A stretch of 64,000 bases of DNA. Source: Sphingomonadales bacterium. GTDB taxonomy: Bacteria; Pseudomonadota; Alphaproteobacteria; CAZZKF01. The stretch lies in NCBI GenBank assembly GCA_046756385.1, contig JBHHWG010000004.1, positions 5,938 through 69,937 of the forward strand. The letters run 5' to 3'. A program made the position numbers and the translations under genes. The notes beneath the pieces were generated by a model, which saw nothing but the letters and a program-made list of their open reading frames with translations, made no database searches and was not told the origin of the DNA. Positions 29,645-39,124 of this stretch are shown here, in pieces (position 1 is the first letter of the stretch; each line of letters starts with the position of its first letter).

Positions 29645-29787
29645 CCGGCGGGGAAAAGGCCCTCTGAGTGATTGAGATTGTGGCGGATTGCAGCGCGATC
29701 CGCCGTTGTCCTTTTTAGCCTGTCATTCACCAAAGTTCGGTCACACTCCCAATACATAAGAACAAACTCTACCGTGGGGCGAGGACT

Positions 29788-31119
29788 GTGGCAAAAACCG
29801 AAATCGACATCGCCGGGCGGCTGGCTTTCCTCGGCATCGATGAAACGATCTTCACTGTGCTCGGCACGCTTTGGCTCCATATAGAGCCCGAAATTGACGA
29901 TATTTGCGGGCGGTATCTGGCTCACATGATGTCAGTTCCGCATCTGCGTGAGAAATGGCGGAATGTCGATTTCGACAAGCTCAAACACCGCCTGCCTGGA
30001 CAGTGGCGCGAGATATTCACCAAGGGAATTACTGAGAATCTCGTCCAGCGCGTTGCCGAACGCGGCTTCAATTTCCACCGCGATGGCTTCGAACCGCGCT
30101 GGTTTCTGGGCAGCTACGCTGTCGGGTTCGACGGCTTTGAAAAAATCGCCATTCGGGTCTACCGGGATCACCCCAAAGAGTTGACCGCCGCGATTTCAGC
30201 GCTTGGCAAAATCGAGATCTTGATCACCGATATCATGGTATCTGCCTATTACGAAGCCTCGCGGATAGCTGCTCAGGCGGAACTCGATCGCCATGCCGAG
30301 GTTTTCGAAACCGGGGTCATGGCAACCGTCCAGACGGTCGCTGCCGCAACCGAACAAGTTCGCCAGGTCACTCGGGAAATGTTTGAAGCCGCCAATCAAA
30401 CCAACGCACTGAGCAGTGCGGTAACCCAGGCGTCCAACAAGGCGTCGGAAAATGTCCATGGCGTCGCCACTGCTTCGGAGGAAATGGTCGCGTCGGTAGC
30501 GGAGGTCAACAACCAGCTATCCCGCGCGGCCAAAGCGACCAATGCCGCCGCGAACCAGGCCAGCGGCTCCACCGAATCGACAGAGAGCCTGATTGAGGCA
30601 TCGGAGCGTATCGGAAATGTTTCGGAACTTATCTCGGATATTGCCTCCCAAACCAATCTGTTGGCGCTTAATGCGACGATCGAGGCAGCCCGGGCTGGCG
30701 ACGCGGGCCGGGGGTTTGCGGTGGTGGCGTCCGAGGTCAAATCCCTGGCCGGTCAGACGGCAAAGGCCACAAGCGACATTTCGGCCCAGATCGATGCCAT
30801 ACAAGTTGCGACCCGGCAGGTCGTGGCCGCCAACAGCAAGATCGAGGGATCGATCGACAACATTAAAACGGTCGCCGGTTCGATCTACAGTTCAGTGCAG
30901 CAGCAGGGCGCCGCGGCGGATGAAATCAGCCGCAACATTCAGATGGCGGCCATGGGCACTCAAGAGGTTTCCGAAGGAACAGGAGAGGTCGACAACGCGT
31001 CCAGGCGCACGAGCAACGCCGCCCAGGCGGTGTTGCAAGCCACGGAAGATATCACTGGCAAAGTCGAAACTCTCAACAGCCAGGTCGGGGACTTCATCAA
31101 AGCGGTTCGAAGCGAATGA
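29788..31119 (+). CDS. Globin-coupled sensor methyl-accepting chemotaxis protein, copy 2 (tandem paralog)
   Basis: Collinear 443-aa paralog of copy 1 with the same domain order: protoglobin sensor then the MCP signalling domain [35 protein letters not shown]. Confidence 0.85.
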   Translation: MAKTEIDIAGRLAFLGIDETIFTVLGTLWLHIEPEIDDICGRYLAHMMSVPHLREKWRNVDFDKLKHRLPGQWREIFTKGITENLVQRVAERGFNFHRDGFEPRWFLGSYAVGFDGFEKIAIRVYRDHPKELTAAISALGKIEILITDIMVSAYYEASRIAAQAELDRHAEVFETGVMATVQTVAAATEQVRQVTREMFEAANQTNALSSAVTQASNKASENVHGVATASEEMVASVAEVNNQLSRAAKATNAAANQASGSTESTESLIEASERIGNVSELISDIASQTNLLALNATIEAARAGDAGRGFAVVASEVKSLAGQTAKATSDISAQIDAIQVATRQVVAANSKIEGSIDNIKTVAGSIYSSVQQQGAAADEISRNIQMAAMGTQEVSEGTGEVDNASRRTSNAAQAVLQATEDITGKVETLNSQVGDFIKAVRSE

Positions 31120-31152
31120 ACCAACAGCCGTCACCGACGGCCTCACACTAAG

Positions 31153-31728
31153 TTACCCCGCATTTCCGGTTCCGGCCCATCGCTTGACAGTGCCTGCATC
31201 GATGCCGAACAGGTCGAGCAGCCGCCCCACCGAATGATTGACCAGATCGTCGATTGTCTTGGGCCGGGTGTAAAGCGCCGGCATTGGCGGCGCGATCACC
31301 GCACCCAGCGTGCTGGCCTCGTACAGAAGCTTGCAGTGCCCGGTATGAAGCGGCGTTTCCCGGGGCATGAGCACCAGCCGGCGGCGCTCTTTCAGCACCA
31401 CGTCAGCCGCCCGGACCAGGAGGTTGTCGGCATAGGAATGCACAACCGCCGACAGGGTCTTCATCGAGCACGGCACGATGACCATGCCCGCGGTCTGGAA
31501 CGACCCGCTTGCTATGGTGGCTCCGACATTACCCTGGTTATGCACTTCATCGGCCAGGGCCTCGACGTCCCGAACCGACCATTCGGTTTCGAGCGCGATA
31601 TTCATCTTGGCCGCCGAACTGAGCACCAGATGGGTCTCGACCTCAGGCAGGCCCCTCAGCACTTCAAGAAGCCGGATTCCGTAAATCAGGCCGCTCGCCC
31701 CTGACATCCCGACAATCAATCGCATCAC
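31153..31728 (-). CDS. ubiX: UbiX-type flavin prenyltransferase (prenylated-FMN synthase)
   Basis: 191 aa. MRLIVGMSGASG and GMVIVPCSMKTLSAV motifs of the UbiX/Pad1 family. Confidence 0.85.
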   Translation of the reverse strand: MMRLIVGMSGASGLIYGIRLLEVLRGLPEVETHLVLSSAAKMNIALETEWSVRDVEALADEVHNQGNVGATIASGSFQTAGMVIVPCSMKTLSAVVHSYADNLLVRAADVVLKERRRLVLMPRETPLHTGHCKLLYEASTLGAVIAPPMPALYTRPKTIDDLVNHSVGRLLDLFGIDAGTVKRWAGTGNAG

Positions 31729-32402
31729 GCTTCCCCTTTTTTTGCCGCGTCCGTTCCTGGCGTTGAGAACGCCCGGATAAAATGGTCAACGGCCCCCTTT
31801 ACAGTCGCCACGATTTCATTCGTTCGCGGCGGTTTAGGATCGATGCAGAATCGTCTGAATGTTGCCCGGTGCAAGATCGCTCCGGTCAGAAAATCGGCAG
31901 CCGCCCTCGGGTCGTCGACCACGATGTGCCCCGCCCTGTGGTGATCCTCAAGGAAATTCTCCAGCGTTTTGTAGGCAAGCGCCGGGCCATGGCGGTAATA
32001 GATGCCACCAATCTCGGGAAAGCGGCGCGCCTCGGCAACGACAAGGCGGGACAGATTGATATGCCGCTCCGACAGCACCAACTCAAGCAATCGCCGGCCG
32101 ATCAGCTCCAGCCCCTGGCGCAGTTCCATGCCAGCCAGTTCGACAGGGCTCAGAGCGGCGGTCTGGTCACCGATCAACTTGATCACGACCGATTCGAATA
32201 GCTTTTCCTTGCTCTTGAAATGGGCGTACACGGTCGATTTCGATCCGCCAACCCGCTCGACCAGTTGATTCATGCTCGCCGCCCCGTAGCCCACTTCCAG
32301 GAACAGCTCGGCCGCTGCCGCCAAAATAGCTTCCCGTTTGGCCGAAATTCTGACCCCGGGCGGCTGGTTCGTCGAAGGTTCAAACGACATCACGAAATCC
32401 AT
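31725..32402 (-). CDS. TetR-family transcriptional regulator
   Basis: HTH: ILAAAAELFLEVGYGAASMNQLVERVGGSKSTVYAHFKSKE. Coupled to ubiX and divergent from the UbiD-family gene. Confidence 0.8.
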   Translation of the reverse strand: MDFVMSFEPSTNQPPGVRISAKREAILAAAAELFLEVGYGAASMNQLVERVGGSKSTVYAHFKSKEKLFESVVIKLIGDQTAALSPVELAGMELRQGLELIGRRLLELVLSERHINLSRLVVAEARRFPEIGGIYYRHGPALAYKTLENFLEDHHRAGHIVVDDPRAAADFLTGAILHRATFRRFCIDPKPPRTNEIVATVKGAVDHFIRAFSTPGTDAAKKGEA

Positions 32403-32720
32403 GCTTCACTCTTTCGGGCTTTACGATCGCGGGCGCCAGACAAGGAGGGCACCGAAAGCGGCAACCGTCCCCAAGCCGACCAACCGCTTAAACTATCGAA
32501 TCCTGCTTGGCGAATCTGACGCCAATATTTGACTCCATATGTACCATACGGTACGGTACAGTCTAACATGCAACAGAGCTGGTGTACAGAACCATGACCT
32601 AAAGGTTCCGAACCGCCGGAATTCTGGGATTGATCAGCTAGTGGTCCGGGCGGATATCCGGGAACCAAATGTCTTTGTCGGACCACTAGCCCGACAAAGA
32701 GATGAATGGGAGCGCGCCAC

Positions 32721-34238
32721 ATGGCACCAAAGGATTTTAGAACTTTTCTGGCCGGCCTTGAAGAACAGGACCAGCTGCTTCGCATCCCGGCCGAGATCGA
32801 CACCCTGGACGAGATGGGGGCGTTTATCGCACGGGCCGACTATGAGGGCGTCGACAAGGGGTTGCTGTTCGAAAACCCCAGGGGCTTTGATATTCCGGTG
32901 TTCGCCAACACTGTAGGCTCCACCTATCGCCGCATCGCCGAGGTGTTCGACGTTCCCGTTGAGCAGGCCCTGTCCGGCGCCGCCAGGAAGATGAGCGAGA
33001 TTATGAAATCCGGCGGCATCGCACCGGTTCGGGTCGACAAGGACAAGGCGCCGTGCAAGGAAATCATCCTGAAGGGCAAGGAGGCCGACTTGACGCGGCT
33101 CCCGATCCTGCGGCTAAATCCGGAAGATGGCAAAGGCAGCAGAAACTTTGCCGAGGGGCGGTATATCTGCGCGCCAGCCTGCACCAATCCGTCTCCCAAC
33201 GCCCGCAATCTGTCCTATCACCGGTTTGAGACCACGGGTCCCACCGATGGGTCGGTGTGGGTGTTCCGGGGAACGGGCGACGCCACAAGCATGGAGGAGG
33301 CGTGGGGCGCCAAGATCGACGCCCCCCACGAAACATGGGACCTCGACCAGGCCAAGCCGTTCCACATGGCTTTCGTGATCGGCGTGGGGCCGGAATTCAT
33401 CCTGACCGGCGCCAATTCAGCCCTGCCCTACAACTACGATGACTTCTCCTTCGTCGGCGGGCTGAGGGGCGAGCCGGTCGAAATGGTCAAATGCGAAACC
33501 ATCGACGTCGACGTGCCCGCAAATGCCGAAATCGTCATCGAAGGCATAATGAAACCGTTCGATTGGACGATCCAGGGCCGCTTCGCCTCGTTCAACGGCT
33601 TTTACGACGAGCCGCGCCGCCGGCCGGCTTTCGAAGTCACGGCGATCACCATGCGCAAAAAGCCCATCTATCAGCATGTTCATATCGGGCGGCCGCTCAA
33701 CGAATGCAACAATATCGCGGCGTTCTTCCGGTCGGTTCGCGTCTTTCTCGATCTCAAGGCAGTGTTGCCCAATGTCCAGGATGTGTTCGTCGACCCGGCC
33801 GCCGGCTGTGGTTTCACGGCCCACGTCTCGCTCGACAAGAAACGCATCGGCGAGCCCAAAATGGCGATGATGCGCGCCTACACCGCGCTTCAGGGATTCT
33901 GCAAACATGTGTTCGTTTACGACAAGGACATCGACATCCGCAATCCGCACGAACGCGACTGGGCGCTGGCCCATCGGTTCATGGCCGATCGCGACATACT
34001 GACGATTCCCAATGTCGTGGGCATGAATATTGACCCCCTGGCTCAGGGCCGGGTCGGCGTTGCGTCCAAGCTCGGAGTCTATGATGGCCATCCGGAAATT
34101 CCGTTGAATGTGCGCAGTTTCATGGGCATGGACTGCACGGTGCCCCTGGGTCTCAAGGTCATGGAACGGGTGGTGGCCAAACCCGAGCTTGAGGCGCGGG
34201 TCGACGAAATCTGGGCCGCCATGAACACGCTGAAATAA
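32721..34238 (+). CDS. UbiD-family (prFMN-dependent) reversible decarboxylase
   Basis: About 505 aa. UbiD fold from its length and conserved blocks. Confidence 0.8.
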   Translation: MAPKDFRTFLAGLEEQDQLLRIPAEIDTLDEMGAFIARADYEGVDKGLLFENPRGFDIPVFANTVGSTYRRIAEVFDVPVEQALSGAARKMSEIMKSGGIAPVRVDKDKAPCKEIILKGKEADLTRLPILRLNPEDGKGSRNFAEGRYICAPACTNPSPNARNLSYHRFETTGPTDGSVWVFRGTGDATSMEEAWGAKIDAPHETWDLDQAKPFHMAFVIGVGPEFILTGANSALPYNYDDFSFVGGLRGEPVEMVKCETIDVDVPANAEIVIEGIMKPFDWTIQGRFASFNGFYDEPRRRPAFEVTAITMRKKPIYQHVHIGRPLNECNNIAAFFRSVRVFLDLKAVLPNVQDVFVDPAAGCGFTAHVSLDKKRIGEPKMAMMRAYTALQGFCKHVFVYDKDIDIRNPHERDWALAHRFMADRDILTIPNVVGMNIDPLAQGRVGVASKLGVYDGHPEIPLNVRSFMGMDCTVPLGLKVMERVVAKPELEARVDEIWAAMNTLK

Positions 34239-34617
34239 ATCATCCGCCAAGCTTCTTCCTTAGGGCCGCCCAAGGCTTGGTAAGCGTCATCGGCATTGAT
34301 GAAACAGATGCCATTGTCGCGTTTCCCTTTTCGAGCCCTGGGCGGCTTGCCAGCTTTCCTTATTGGAATCAACGGGCTTCGACTATCCCCATCGAGCGCC
34401 CCCCGCGGAAAATTGGGATGAGTTTTCCGCCAAAAACTGGAAAGATTCCCTAATTATTGTAGGGCAACCTTGCAATTCCCAAATTGCACGGCTACTCTTG
34501 CTATATCAAGCGTCAGTGTCCTCGGGCTTGCCGTCAAATATTATTGCTTGGAATTGGCCGGTTTTGTTCCGCGAGTTCTCGAAGGCGCAATAATTCTTGT
34601 TCTCACCGGGGGAGGCA

Positions 34618-37335
34618 ATGCTCAAAAATTGGCTGGAAAGCACGACCGCGATTGTTGCTATAGGCACGATCGCGGGAACAACTTTTAACGTTCAGGCGCA
34701 GGAAGTTTCGGATCAGGATCAGCAGGCCGACGCCGCGGCTTTTGAGATTGAGGAGATTGTGGTCACCGCCCGCCGACGATCCGAGCTCATGCAGGACATC
34801 CCGATCTCGATGACGGCCGTCGGCCGGCTTGACATGGACCGGGCAGGTTACGAGACCATTGGCGACCTTTCGTTCGGTGTCGCGAACTTCTCTTTTGCCG
34901 ATCAGGGTTCGATTCTGGGCGATTTCGGCATGCGGGGCATCACCACCAACGTCGCCAATCCCGGCGTCGAATCAGCCATGGCGGTTTATGTCGACGGGGT
35001 TCTGATCGGCCGGCCGGCATCGTTTGACGCGGTATTGCAGGGCGTCGAGCAAGTCGAGATTCTGCGTGGCCCGCAGGGCACCCTGTTTGGCAAGAACACG
35101 GTCGCCGGCGCGGTCAACATAACCACCCAGCGGCCGACCGAAGAGGTGTCCGGCAATCTCAAGCTTGAAGCCGGCCGATTCCAGCGTGGCGCGGCCAGTG
35201 GCTCGCTCAACGTCCCGCTCCTTGGCGACAAGCTGATGGCGCGGGCTTCCTTGTCGGTGGAGCAGCAGGACGGCTGGATCAGGAATTTGAACGATGCCCG
35301 AAGGTTCAATGGCGAGGACAACTGGTCCGGCCGCTTCCAGTTGCTGGCGCGGCCGTCCGACACGGTCGAGGTATACTGGACCATCGACCGTTTCTTTGAC
35401 GATCGAACATTTGTCGCCCAGCTCAATGATGATCCAGACTCCCTGAAAACCAATCCAGGTGTCGATATTGACGCCGGAATTATCGACATCGATTCGGATA
35501 GCAGGTCCAAGCGCGATATCTGGGGCACTTCGCTCGAAGTCAATGTCGAGACCAGCGGCGGTTACGCCATTACCGGTGTCGGCGCCTACCGGCAGACCAA
35601 TTTCGACAGCCTGTTCGATGGCGACACCACGCGCCAGCGGCTGCAAGACACCACCCAGGCCGACAACACTGACCAGTACACTTTCGAACTGCGGGTGGCG
35701 TCGCCCGAGGGAAGGAAACTGGACTGGGTCGCCGGCGCCTATGTGTTCATTCAGGACATCAAGGGGTTCAACGAGCGGCGGTTCTTCCCCAAGGACATCC
35801 TCGCCGGCTGTACCGCGCCGGTCAGTCCTGACTTTTTCCGTGGCTCCCAGGGCAAGGGGCGGTTCTTTCCAACCTCGCGGTTCGTCGGCTTCGACGCGGC
35901 GGGTCTGCCGATTTGGGAGTTCGATTTTGACAATGACGGCGTCTTCGGCGAAGCGGCGGACGTTACCACACCGGTCGGCGCCACGGTCAACGAGAACATT
36001 GGCTGCCACAATCCGGGCATGATCGCTTTTGCCCGCCATCTGCCAGGCGGCGATGCGGAGGATCAATTCATTCCGTTTTTTGACGGGCTGACAACCGTCG
36101 ATGACGTTCCCGAAGAAATCGTCGTGCGCCAAAGCGGCTCGGTGAATACCGACGCGTATGCCCTGTTCGCGCACGCCAATTACCACTTCACCGATCAATT
36201 GACGCTGACCGGGGGCGCGCGCCATACCTGGGAAAACAAGGACGTCGACCTGACCCAAACCGGCATGATCAATATCGCGCGGCCCAGCTTCACCAAGCAG
36301 GACAGCCGCAAGGACCGCGAATGGTCGGGCACCGGGTCGCTGACCTATGAATGGAACGACGAGGTAACCACCTACATAAAATACGCCCATGGCTTCAAGT
36401 CGGGCGGCTTCCAGTTCGACGTGACCCAGGGCGAAAAGGTTTCGGCCTTCAACGCCTTGGCCACCAAAAGCCCGTTCATACCCTTTTTCCTCAAGGCCAA
36501 TCCGGGCGCTACCAAGCAGGACGTGATCAACGCGCTAATCGCTGCGTCGGCCGACCCGAATGAAGCCCCGGACAATGTCGAGTTCGAGCCGGAAAACGTG
36601 AATGTCTATGAGGTCGGCCTGAAGACCCAGTTGTTCAATCGCAAACTGCGGCTTAACATCGCCGGCTTTCTTACCGATTACAACAATGTTCAGCAGAACA
36701 TTCTCAACCTCGCCACCGGCATTATCGTTCTAAACGTCCCGGGCGCCAGGGTTTGGGGGTTCGAGGCCGATATGGTCGCCCGTCCCACGTCCGGGCTGAC
36801 GGTTACCGGCGGCGTCGGCACCGCATTCAGCGATATCCGGAACGCGCTGATCATTCCCAACCCGGTCGCCGGCCAGCCGCCGTTGGTGGACACTACCGAT
36901 TTCCTGGGCCTGAGGCTCGCTCAGTCGCCGGAGGTGACCGCCAACGCATCTGTCACCTATACCATGCCGGTCGGGGCGACTGGAAACATCGTGGTCCGCG
37001 GCGACTGGAGCTTCACGGGCAGTATTTTCCACGAGCTTGATCCCAATCCGTCTCAGCGGGCCAAGGTGTTCGAGGCCAGCTATAACCTGGTCAACGCCCG
37101 CATCGGCTATGTCTCGGATGCCAACGACTGGGAAGTCTTCTTCTGGGGCAAGAACATCTTTAACGAACGTTATGCCGCGTTCCGCCGCGCCAACCCGATC
37201 AACCGGAATTTCGGCATTCCGGCGGGCGGAGCAGTCGTCAACGCCCCGCCATTCCGGTTCCCGGGCTCTGCAACGGGGCAGTCGATTTCCGGCCTTCCAA
37301 GGACTTGGGGCGTGACCCTGCAAAAACACTTCTAA
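34618..37335 (+). CDS. TonB-dependent outer-membrane receptor
   Basis: Signal peptide. Plug-domain motifs (IVVTARRRSELMQDIPISMT...) with TonB box. The 22-strand barrel ends in a C-terminal Phe (LQKHF). Confidence 0.85.
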   Translation: MLKNWLESTTAIVAIGTIAGTTFNVQAQEVSDQDQQADAAAFEIEEIVVTARRRSELMQDIPISMTAVGRLDMDRAGYETIGDLSFGVANFSFADQGSILGDFGMRGITTNVANPGVESAMAVYVDGVLIGRPASFDAVLQGVEQVEILRGPQGTLFGKNTVAGAVNITTQRPTEEVSGNLKLEAGRFQRGAASGSLNVPLLGDKLMARASLSVEQQDGWIRNLNDARRFNGEDNWSGRFQLLARPSDTVEVYWTIDRFFDDRTFVAQLNDDPDSLKTNPGVDIDAGIIDIDSDSRSKRDIWGTSLEVNVETSGGYAITGVGAYRQTNFDSLFDGDTTRQRLQDTTQADNTDQYTFELRVASPEGRKLDWVAGAYVFIQDIKGFNERRFFPKDILAGCTAPVSPDFFRGSQGKGRFFPTSRFVGFDAAGLPIWEFDFDNDGVFGEAADVTTPVGATVNENIGCHNPGMIAFARHLPGGDAEDQFIPFFDGLTTVDDVPEEIVVRQSGSVNTDAYALFAHANYHFTDQLTLTGGARHTWENKDVDLTQTGMINIARPSFTKQDSRKDREWSGTGSLTYEWNDEVTTYIKYAHGFKSGGFQFDVTQGEKVSAFNALATKSPFIPFFLKANPGATKQDVINALIAASADPNEAPDNVEFEPENVNVYEVGLKTQLFNRKLRLNIAGFLTDYNNVQQNILNLATGIIVLNVPGARVWGFEADMVARPTSGLTVTGGVGTAFSDIRNALIIPNPVAGQPPLVDTTDFLGLRLAQSPEVTANASVTYTMPVGATGNIVVRGDWSFTGSIFHELDPNPSQRAKVFEASYNLVNARIGYVSDANDWEVFFWGKNIFNERYAAFRRANPINRNFGIPAGGAVVNAPPFRFPGSATGQSISGLPRTWGVTLQKHF

Positions 37336-37353
37336 GGCCATCGGACCAAACAA

Positions 37354-37390
37354 AAACAGCCGGGTGGACTCTTCCTCCCGGCTGTTTTTT
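37354..37390. terminator. Rho-independent terminator (bidirectional)
   Basis: CAGCCGGG-tggactcttcct-CCCGGCTG followed by TTTTTTT. Directly after the receptor stop and before the convergent TPR-methyltransferase gene. Confidence 0.65.
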
Positions 37391-37411
37391 TGTCTTTTCC
37401 AAACCCGCCGC

Positions 37412-39121
37412 TCACTGTCCACGCAACACGTATATGGCGCCCTCCACGGGCTTGCCGCTTTCCTTGCGAAGGATCGCCGCTTCACGGATCAGCACTTCAA
37501 ACCCGTGCCGCCGGGCAAGCTCACTCATATAGGCGTGGGAGTGGGAAAACCGGAAGGTTGTTCCCACCGAGAAACTCTCATCCTCGGTGACCTCGATTGA
37601 AAATGCGAACAGCCCGCGCGGCTTCAACGCCAGGCGGGCAGCCGCGAAAACCGGGTCCAGATCGCCAATATAGACGAACACATCAGCGGCAATCGCCAGG
37701 TCCAGATCCTGGTCGGCCTTGCCGAGGGTCTCTTCCAGCGATTCCGCCCGTAGTTCGTCATACCCGCCCCGTTCCCGCGCCTTTTCGATCATTTTAGGAG
37801 AGAGATCGGTACCAACCAGCCGACCGGAAATGTCTCTGAAATGGGGGCCGCACAGCCCGGTGCCGCACCCCAGATCGACTACGGTCAATTTGCGCTCGCC
37901 TTGTTCCAGGACCCTGCGCACCGCCTCGGAGAGGAGTTCGGGCGTCCGGTACTCCAGACCTTCGAGCAGTTGTTCGTCGAAATGCGCCGCGAAGCCGTCA
38001 AACAGCTTGGTTACGTAAGCCTCAGGGGCCGTGTCGACAGCCTCGTCGGCGAGCGCGGCAACGGCGAACCGCATGGTCTCATCCTCGGGATTGAGGCTAA
38101 GGCCCTTCTCCATCGCCGCCCGCGCCTCGTCGATACGATCCAGTCTGGCCAGCGCCTGCCCCAGCCCCTGGTAGGGACTCGGATAATTCGCCCCCAGCTC
38201 GATGGCGCGGCGGAACGCCGCCACCGCGTCCTCGAACTGGCTCACTTCGTTGCAAATCGAGCCCAGCACCAGTTGCGGCTTCATGTCGTCGGGCCTGAGC
38301 GCGGCGATTTGCTTGAACGCCTGAATGGCCTCGTAATACTGTTTTTCCTGATAATAAATTCCGGCAAGCCTTTGCCACAGCCGCACCTCGCCGGGGTAAT
38401 GACCCACGGCAATTTCAAGGATATCCCTCGCCTGAGTAAACTCGCGCACCGCGACCAGTGAGGCCGACAGCGCATCGAGCGCCACAAGCTGTTTGGGATT
38501 GATGCCAAGCGCGCGCAAGCTACATTTGCCCGCCGCATCATATTTCTTCAGCCGCAAGTAAGCCGCCGCCAGATTTGCCGCCGCATTGGCGTTGTTGGGG
38601 TCGATTTCGGTCGCGCGGGTGAGGATTTCGATTGCCTCGTCGATCAGTTCGGGCCGGCCCCGCTGGTGCCCGAGCCTGTGCAGCACAATGCCAAGATTAT
38701 TAAGCGCCGGTGAGAAATCGTCCCGCGCCCGGACCGCCTGCCGCAGCACCTCGCAAGCCCGGTCGAGTTCCCCGCGCCGCTGATAAATCACACCGAGATT
38801 AGTGAGCGACGCGAAGTCCGCGGGATTAAGGCGCACCGCGTCGAAGAAAGATTTGATCGCCTGTTCCTGCTGCCCCAGATCCCTGTGAATTTCACCCATG
38901 GAGGCGTGGAGGAGCGGCTCGTCGGGGGCCAGCTTCAAGGCCTGGGCGAAGATATCCCGGGCGGCTTCCGGGGTCCCTACCCGACGCACCAGATTGCCGT
39001 AATGATAGATCGCCTCGAGATTGCCGGTATCCGCCGCAATCACCTCGCGATACAGCGCATAGGCCTGATGCAGCCGACCCGCCTGGTGATGTTCCTTCGC
39101 CTGTTCGAGCTTGTCTTGCAT
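37412..39121 (-). CDS. TPR-repeat protein with C-terminal class I SAM-dependent methyltransferase domain, copy 1
   Basis: N-terminal TPR repeats. Methyltransferase motif I VVDLGCGTGLCG, then the post-I acidic residue and motif II. Confidence 0.75.
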   Translation of the reverse strand: MQDKLEQAKEHHQAGRLHQAYALYREVIAADTGNLEAIYHYGNLVRRVGTPEAARDIFAQALKLAPDEPLLHASMGEIHRDLGQQEQAIKSFFDAVRLNPADFASLTNLGVIYQRRGELDRACEVLRQAVRARDDFSPALNNLGIVLHRLGHQRGRPELIDEAIEILTRATEIDPNNANAAANLAAAYLRLKKYDAAGKCSLRALGINPKQLVALDALSASLVAVREFTQARDILEIAVGHYPGEVRLWQRLAGIYYQEKQYYEAIQAFKQIAALRPDDMKPQLVLGSICNEVSQFEDAVAAFRRAIELGANYPSPYQGLGQALARLDRIDEARAAMEKGLSLNPEDETMRFAVAALADEAVDTAPEAYVTKLFDGFAAHFDEQLLEGLEYRTPELLSEAVRRVLEQGERKLTVVDLGCGTGLCGPHFRDISGRLVGTDLSPKMIEKARERGGYDELRAESLEETLGKADQDLDLAIAADVFVYIGDLDPVFAAARLALKPRGLFAFSIEVTEDESFSVGTTFRFSHSHAYMSELARRHGFEVLIREAAILRKESGKPVEGAIYVLRGQ

Positions 39122-39124
39122 GGT

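Noticed and set aside
34972-36390. 472-aa minus-strand ORF inside the TonB-dependent receptor gene
   Set aside because: Antisense to a receptor with clear plug and barrel features. No motifs. Likewise 39266..41023(+) inside the TPR-methyltransferase gene, 48625..50163(+) inside the ligase, 51884..53143(-) inside the second receptor, 13800..14702(+) inside the flavoprotein and 62702..63604(-) inside phage genes.
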